Assembly: GCA_025359205.1 (NCBI GenBank)
Contig: JANYHD010000039.1
Location: 80,292 to 144,291 of the forward strand
DNA: 64,000 bases
From: Gammaproteobacteria bacterium
GTDB lineage: Bacteria; Pseudomonadota; Gammaproteobacteria; Steroidobacterales; Steroidobacteraceae
Direction of reading: 5' to 3'
Below are positions 59,200-64,000 of the stretch, in pieces. The position numbers and the translations under genes were made by a program. Under the pieces are notes generated by a model. It searched no databases, was not told where the DNA came from, and worked only from the letters and a program-made list of their open reading frames with translations. Position 1 is the stretch's first letter; each line of letters starts with the position of its first letter.

Positions 59200-61365
59200 T
59201 CAGTCCGCAACTTCAATGGTGACCGAAGTGGCCGCCCAATCTGCAGGTGCGGCCGCCGGATCATGAGCCGCTGGATCGGCCACGGTCGTGATGCCGCGCG
59301 TAGCCAGGCCCGCGAGTTCCCCGCGCAGCGTGCCCAGATCCTCTGGAATGCCGCGGGTCTGCACGTTGCCCCGGCTCTGGTTCGCCAGCTGCTGCAATGA
59401 GCGGATGCGCCGTCGAATCGTTTCGGCCGTGGCCAGGTCGGTGCTGGCGAACACGCGCACCGTGTCGGTGCCGCGCGGTGGACTGTAGTCCCAATGGAAG
59501 CCGGCGCGATTTCCGGTCTGCAGCGAATCGGGAATCAACACCCGTTCGCCGGCGCGGACCGCCCCGTTGGGGTAGAAATCCCGCTGCTGGTAGTCGTTGG
59601 GGAACAGCACGTTCATGCTCCCCTCGGGATCGACATCGACGATGGTGATATAGGCATCGGCATTCACGCCGATGTCCAGTTGCAGGCTGTTTTGCGCGCT
59701 GCGCGCTTCCTCCTGATGGCGGCTGTGCAGTTGCGCCGGTCCGGTGGCCGTGACCAGGCGGATGTCACGTGTGTCCACAGGTTGAGCACCCGCGACGCGC
59801 ACGCTCACGACCAGTTGTGACGAGGGGTTGTCGAGCGTCAGCAGCTCGGCGGCCTTGGCTGAGCGCGAGGCGACGCGCGCCAGGTCGGTGGCGGATTTGT
59901 CGTCGCCCAGCACGAAGCGTCCCATGACGCGCAGGCCGTCGGCGCTCAACAGCCGCACCGTCTGACCCTGCAGATCGACGAGAAAACGCGCGGGCTGATC
60001 GGCGGCCACCAGCACCAGGTTTTTGATGTTGCGCCGGAGCGTGCTCTCGATGCGGCTCCGGTCCGCCGCAGGCATCTCGAGGATGTGTATCGCGACGCGC
60101 GACACGGAAGGCGCAGGCATCAGGGCCACGGCACGCGATTCAGCCTCGATTGCGCCGGTCTGGTTCGTTAGGCTGGCGCGCGCATCCTTACCCGCAAGCT
60201 GCGTCACCGTGGCGACCGCCAGCGCCTGCCCGGGGGCGAACTGCCGCTCGCCACGTCGATAGATCGCCCAGCTCGAGCCCGGCGTGGCGCCGAGCAGCAC
60301 ACCGTTGATGAGCGTGACCTGACCCGCCGCAGACGGCGCGACGCTGAGCCACGCGAGGCGCGGCCCCGGTTCCGCGCTCACCGCACCAGCCGCCGACGCG
60401 GGCGCGGATGCGAGTGCAGCGAACAGCGGCAGATCCAGCGCTTCCGGTGGCGCTTCGAGTTGTGGCTCCGGCATCGAGGTACGGCCGAAGCTCGTCTGTA
60501 TGCGCCCAAGCTCGCGGGTCACGGCGGCGAAGACTTCGCGCGGCGACGCACTGCTGCCCGCGGTCGTGAAAGCGCGCGACAGCGCATAAGTGAAGAAGCC
60601 GTGGAAATTGCCGTCGACCGGTCCGTCCAGTGCCTCTTCGTTGGCGGCCGCGCCCCCCATGACCACAAAGCGCGAACTCCTGAGAGGCACGATGCCGCGC
60701 GTGGTGATGCCAGTCACGCCCGCCCGGTACAGATCGATGCGCATGTCCTGCGGCACCGAGCGGGCACGAATGTCGATGGCGCGCGTCGCGGTGCCGGAAT
60801 GGCAGGAGTCGAGCACGATCACGACGCTGCGCGCGCGCAAGCGCGAGAAGATCGCGTCGAGCTCGTCATCGACGATATCCGGCACATTGCCGCTGCGCCC
60901 GTCCTGGGGAACTATGGTCTCGTCCAGGCCATCGTCCTCGTCGCCGTTCAGGTCCTGAACCTGCGAGCCATGGCCGGAATAGTGGAAGTAGACCGTGTCG
61001 TCGGGCCCGGATTCCTGCACCAGCTGATTGAGTGCCGCCAGCATCTTTTCGCGCGTGGCACCCTCATCGGTAAGCATCTTGATATTGCCCGCGGCAAAAC
61101 CCCAGCGCGTGGTCAGAATTTCACGCATGGTCTCGACGTCGTTCACCGAGCCCTGCAGGCCGGGTACCGCTTTGTAATGATTGATGCCGATCAGCAGCGC
61201 ACGCTTGACGCCAGCGGCCGGCGCCGCGCCTACCTGGGCGCCAGCGACGCCGATCAGGCCAACGTACAGCAGCACGCACATGGCGGCATAGCGCTGGAGC
61301 GAATGTCTCGTGTTCCTGACGCGCATTGCCCGGATTGAGTCGACGTGCAAACGACCAGGGTTCAT
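59200..61365 (-). CDS. secreted caspase-fold (peptidase C14, orthocaspase-like) protein with C-terminal DUF4384-like domain
   Basis: ATG 61365 forms an ATGA overlap with the upstream stop. Signal/anchor AAMCVLLYVGLIGVAGA. Motifs RALLIGINHY, His motif YFHYSGHGSQ (H codon 60970-60972), and Cys motif VIVLDSCHSGT (C codon 60802-60804). The C-terminal DAYITIVDVDPEGSMNVLFPN..RAGERVLIP..TDTVRVFAS spans 59443-59691. Confidence 0.85.
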   Translation of the reverse strand: MNPGRLHVDSIRAMRVRNTRHSLQRYAAMCVLLYVGLIGVAGAQVGAAPAAGVKRALLIGINHYKAVPGLQGSVNDVETMREILTTRWGFAAGNIKMLTDEGATREKMLAALNQLVQESGPDDTVYFHYSGHGSQVQDLNGDEDDGLDETIVPQDGRSGNVPDIVDDELDAIFSRLRARSVVIVLDSCHSGTATRAIDIRARSVPQDMRIDLYRAGVTGITTRGIVPLRSSRFVVMGGAAANEEALDGPVDGNFHGFFTYALSRAFTTAGSSASPREVFAAVTRELGRIQTSFGRTSMPEPQLEAPPEALDLPLFAALASAPASAAGAVSAEPGPRLAWLSVAPSAAGQVTLINGVLLGATPGSSWAIYRRGERQFAPGQALAVATVTQLAGKDARASLTNQTGAIEAESRAVALMPAPSVSRVAIHILEMPAADRSRIESTLRRNIKNLVLVAADQPARFLVDLQGQTVRLLSADGLRVMGRFVLGDDKSATDLARVASRSAKAAELLTLDNPSSQLVVSVRVAGAQPVDTRDIRLVTATGPAQLHSRHQEEARSAQNSLQLDIGVNADAYITIVDVDPEGSMNVLFPNDYQQRDFYPNGAVRAGERVLIPDSLQTGNRAGFHWDYSPPRGTDTVRVFASTDLATAETIRRRIRSLQQLANQSRGNVQTRGIPEDLGTLRGELAGLATRGITTVADPAAHDPAAAPADWAATSVTIEVAD

Positions 61366-61925
61366 GGCGGCGCGAGTTCGAGCGTCAGCAGCACATCGCG
61401 GCGCGCGCGGGCCGCAGCGAGTTTCTCGCCAAGCTGCCGTGGATCGGCCGTTGGCAGCTCGATCACGTAGCCGCCGGTCGGCGTGGGGCCGTCGACGATG
61501 CGGGCGCCGAGCACGCCCAGCAGATCGCGAATCTGCGCAGCCGTTGCCAGCGGCTTGAACGCCACGCGCAACCGGGTCGCATGCGTTGGCAGCGCGCGCG
61601 TCGTCACCGCGGCAGTTGGGTTCGTCTGGTCCGGCAACAGGTAAAGCAACGCGGCTCCCTGAACGAGAATCAGCAGCATCGCTGCGGCCGGCGCCCAGCG
61701 CGGCACCAGCGGCGCGCGCAGCCACGCCGACAGCTGCGCCAGCAAGCCCACACGATTGTCCGATTGCTGCGCGTGGATGTGCCTGAGCACGGCAACTCTG
61801 ACACGCGGCGCTGGCCCGGGCTCGGCATCAAAGGCAGCGCGAATCGCACGCTGCAAGTCTTGCATCGACGCGAACTCGCCGGACTCCGGGTCAGTGCCTG
61901 GCGGCGGTTGCCCGGACGCGTTCAT
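61362..61925 (-). CDS. single-pass membrane protein, putative anti-sigma factor
   Basis: Positioned between the ECF sigma and caspase genes with 4-nt overlaps on both sides. TM WAPAAAMLLILVQGAALLYLL. No HxxxCxxC zinc motif. Confidence 0.55.
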   Translation of the reverse strand: MNASGQPPPGTDPESGEFASMQDLQRAIRAAFDAEPGPAPRVRVAVLRHIHAQQSDNRVGLLAQLSAWLRAPLVPRWAPAAAMLLILVQGAALLYLLPDQTNPTAAVTTRALPTHATRLRVAFKPLATAAQIRDLLGVLGARIVDGPTPTGGYVIELPTADPRQLGEKLAAARARRDVLLTLELAPP

Positions 61926-62500
61926 TGCGCCGACTCCAGGCCGAGCTTCTCGAGGCAGCCCTTGAGCTGTTGTTTTGCATAGAACACGCGCGTCTTCACG
62001 GTGTTGTCCGGAATCTCCAGCAATGCCGCGATCTCGGCGTAGGGCAGATCTTCATAGAACGCCAGCCGCAGGATTTCCTGATGGTCAGCCGACAAATGCG
62101 CAATAGCTCGCTGCATCAGTTGGGCGTTGCGCTTGCGATCGATGTCATCCGCTGGACCTGCGGCGGGGTCGACCAGCGCCGCAGCCTGATCGAGCTGCAG
62201 GTCTGCACCCTGCCGGCCGGCCTTGCGTACCGCATCGAGTGCCTTGTGTCGCGCGATGCCCAGAATCCAGGTGGACACCCGTGAGGCCTGCACATAGGAG
62301 CGCGCCCCGTGCCACACCGCCAACATGGTATCAATGACCACCTCTTCGGCGAGCGCCGGCTGGCGCACGAAGCTGCGCACATAGTTGTATACGCGACGTT
62401 CATAGCGGTCATAGAGCAGCTCGAAGGCCGCCGGGTCGCCCGACGCGGCGGCGGCCAGCAGGTCTATATCCCTCGCTGCTGCTTGGTCAGATAAGTCCAC
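61922..62500 (-). CDS. ECF-type RNA polymerase sigma factor
   Basis: FELLYDRYERRVYNYVRSFV..AEEVVIDTMLAVW (region 2) and LSADHQEILRLAFYEDLPYAEIAALLEIPDNTVKTRVFYAKQQLK (region 4). Start placed at GTG 62500; the ORF is open to 62587. Confidence 0.88.
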   Translation of the reverse strand: MDLSDQAAARDIDLLAAAASGDPAAFELLYDRYERRVYNYVRSFVRQPALAEEVVIDTMLAVWHGARSYVQASRVSTWILGIARHKALDAVRKAGRQGADLQLDQAAALVDPAAGPADDIDRKRNAQLMQRAIAHLSADHQEILRLAFYEDLPYAEIAALLEIPDNTVKTRVFYAKQQLKGCLEKLGLESAQ

Positions 62501-62544
62501 GGCGAGGTTCAATTGACGGGCTGTGCACCGCGATCTTCTGTGCC

Positions 62545-62572
62545 TTGAACGAATCTTGCGGTGTCGCCGACA
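62545..62572 (+). promoter_or_regulatory. possible ECF-type promoter (TTGAAC-N17-CGAC) upstream of the divergent YP-repeat gene
   Basis: Read directly: TTGAAC at 62545-62550 and CGACA at 62568-62572, about 50 nt before ATG 62623. Similarity to the generic ECF GAAC/CGTC pattern is only approximate. Confidence 0.3.
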
Positions 62573-62622
62573 TACCGGCAGGAGCATACTGCGGGGGCAG
62601 GTGCGCTGTTGAGGAAATCACC

Positions 62623-64000
62623 ATGAAGCAAGGCAGACGGATCCAGGACACGTGGACGCTCAGGGTCGTCGCACTCGCAACCGGCGCGCTGATGGCCTCT
62701 GCGGCATTCGCCCAAGGCACGCCAACGCAGGGCTACCCGACTCAAACACCAAGCTATCCAGGGCAAACGCCAAGCTATCCGGCGCAAACGCCAAGCTATC
62801 CGGCGCAAACCCCGGCCTATCCTGCTTACCCGGCGACCGCGCCAGCAGCGCCGCCGCGGTCGCACGCGATTCGCGACCTGTTTGCCGGGACGATTGCCAC
62901 CGTGCTGCAAACCGCCACCGGCGGTCTGGCCAACGCACTCAGTGGCTCCATTCTGAATTGGTTCGCGAAGAAGCAGGCGCCCAGCGCGGCAGCAGGCTAC
63001 GCCGCCACGCCGTATCCTGGTACGAGCTATCCGATGACGGCTTATCCGTCACAGAATACGCAGAGCTACGACACCAGCACCTACCCGACAACCAGCGCGT
63101 ATCCGCCAGGCACCGCGTCAACCTATCCCACGTCCCCGGCCACCTATCCGAGCGGCGGCGCTCAATACCCGGGCAATGCCAGTACCGCAGCTCGATATCC
63201 TGGCGCGGCGGAGCAGTATCCGGGTGCGACGTACCCGACGACTCCAGCCACGACTTCGGCCACAACGGCTCAGGTATACGGGTCGACGGCAGGCAGCTAC
63301 GGACAGCCGGGCAACCAGACACCGAGCAGCGCCTACTCCGCTTCCACCGCCAGTGCTTATGGCACTGCGCAGGTTTACGACGCGCGCACCGGGCAACTGG
63401 CCACCGGCGGCGCCAACCCCTATGCCACGCCGGCCGGCGGCTATGACGGCACGCTGTACGCGGGCATCGCCTATGAAGTGCACGCGCTGGGTGCCGACGG
63501 GAGTTCGACGCCGATCAATCCGGCTACTTACGTGTTCAGAACCGGGGATAAGTTCATGGTCTATTACCGGCCATCGCTGCCGGGGCGCATGGAGGTCTAC
63601 AACATCAACCCGGCGGGACAACAGACGCTGATCGATTCGAGCAACATGGCCGCGGGACAGATGACCACGCTCGGGCCGTACCAGTTCACCAACCTCACCG
63701 GCGATGAATCGCTGCGGCTGGTGCTCTCGCCCTGCTCGAGCCCGCAGTTACTCGCCGCCACGCGCGACATCGTGCGCGCGGACTCGTCCTATCCGATGAC
63801 ACCAAAGACCTCACCGACGGCGAGCAGCAGCGGCCAGCTCTCGACCTGCGGCGCGACCACCACGCGCGGCCTGGACGTGCATACGCGCGATATCCAGAAA
63901 GTCGCGGTCGATGGCATGACCAGCTACGCGCTCGATCCGGTTTCACAGCATGAGCTGACTACGGGCCAGGTGACAGCGCGCGAAGCGAACATCGTGTTAC
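62623..64000 (+). CDS. secreted Tyr/Pro-repeat protein with DUF4384-like domain (3' partial, runs off window)
   Basis: Not in the supplied ORF track because no stop lies inside the window. GAGGA lies 7-8 nt upstream of ATG 62623. My own translation: MKQGRRIQDTWTLRVVALATGALMASAAFAQGTPTQGYPTQTPSYPGQTPSYPAQTPSYPAQTPAYPAYP.., many further xYP repeats, then YAGIAYEVHALGADGSS..FRTGDKFMVYYRPSLPGRMEVYNINPAGQQTLID..GDESLRLVLSP. The frame is open for all 459 codons. Confidence 0.75.
   Translation, partial: MKQGRRIQDTWTLRVVALATGALMASAAFAQGTPTQGYPTQTPSYPGQTPSYPAQTPSYPAQTPAYPAYPATAPAAPPRSHAIRDLFAGTIATVLQTATGGLANALSGSILNWFAKKQAPSAAAGYAATPYPGTSYPMTAYPSQNTQSYDTSTYPTTSAYPPGTASTYPTSPATYPSGGAQYPGNASTAARYPGAAEQYPGATYPTTPATTSATTAQVYGSTAGSYGQPGNQTPSSAYSASTASAYGTAQVYDARTGQLATGGANPYATPAGGYDGTLYAGIAYEVHALGADGSSTPINPATYVFRTGDKFMVYYRPSLPGRMEVYNINPAGQQTLIDSSNMAAGQMTTLGPYQFTNLTGDESLRLVLSPCSSPQLLAATRDIVRADSSYPMTPKTSPTASSSGQLSTCGATTTRGLDVHTRDIQKVAVDGMTSYALDPVSQHELTTGQVTAREANIVL
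62743..62826 (+). repeat. four tandem 21-bp coding repeats (CAAACGCCAAGCTATCCGGCG and variants; QTPSYPx heptads)
   Basis: Read directly. Copies 2 and 3 are identical; copies 1 and 4 have diverged. Confidence 0.9.

Noticed and set aside
61366-61725. N-terminal 120-aa extension of the caspase ORF. Similar extensions occur at 46863-47195 (xni), 47558-48019 (HNH), 17927-18127 (NTPase), 32640-32798 (gshA) and 52765-53145 (DUF3619-like).
   Set aside because: The extensions overlap the upstream gene in another frame and are Arg/Ala-rich. Internal starts give stop/start-coupled junctions and N-termini that match the families.
62652-63446. 264-aa plus-strand ORF listed in the track at the right end
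   Set aside because: It lies in a different frame from the open-ended ORF starting at 62623, which has an SD, a signal peptide and repeat/domain structure. The listed ORF is Arg-rich with no features.

Overview
Very GC-rich proteobacterial chromosomal segment. Codon third positions are almost all G/C, and the antisense strands carry long Arg/Ala-rich shadow ORFs. About 58 protein-coding genes can be supported. I found no rRNA, tRNA, CRISPR array, transposase or integrase by eye. Most of the window is core metabolism and housekeeping: ilvA, divergently arranged acetolactate synthase large and small subunits, P-II, pyruvate carboxylase, gshA, thiolase, gabD, hemH, acs, HiPIP, xni, pntAA/AB/B, priA and argS. 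It also holds two GGDEF-EAL proteins, two ECF sigma modules and assorted hydrolases and transporters. Many junctions are 1-4 nt start/stop overlaps, which suggests translational coupling. Two accessory-looking loci stand out. (1) 14726-19311, minus strand: a two-gene operon joined by an ATGA overlap. The first gene fuses a SIR2-like domain to a TIR domain. The second encodes an nSTAND-type P-loop NTPase followed by a hydrophobic helix and about 590 aa of TPR-like repeats. I read this as a candidate NAD-targeting immune or conflict system whose architecture does not match any experimentally characterised system I know. (2) 58.6-64.0 kb: an operon of ECF sigma, membrane anti-sigma-like protein and a secreted caspase-fold (C14) protease with a DUF4384-like C-terminus. 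It lies beside a divergent Tyr/Pro-repeat secreted protein, also with a DUF4384-like domain, that runs off the window end and is absent from the supplied ORF track. Smaller oddities include an acetyl-CoA synthetase with an 83-aa Lys/Arg-rich (GK-repeat) tail, a sigma-54-type promoter before the P-II gene, a degenerate GGDEF (GADQF), a nucleophile-less truncated alpha/beta-hydrolase, and a frame discontinuity at a (GC)n run in a SPOR-like gene. All domain calls come from reading motifs in the translations; no database search was run.
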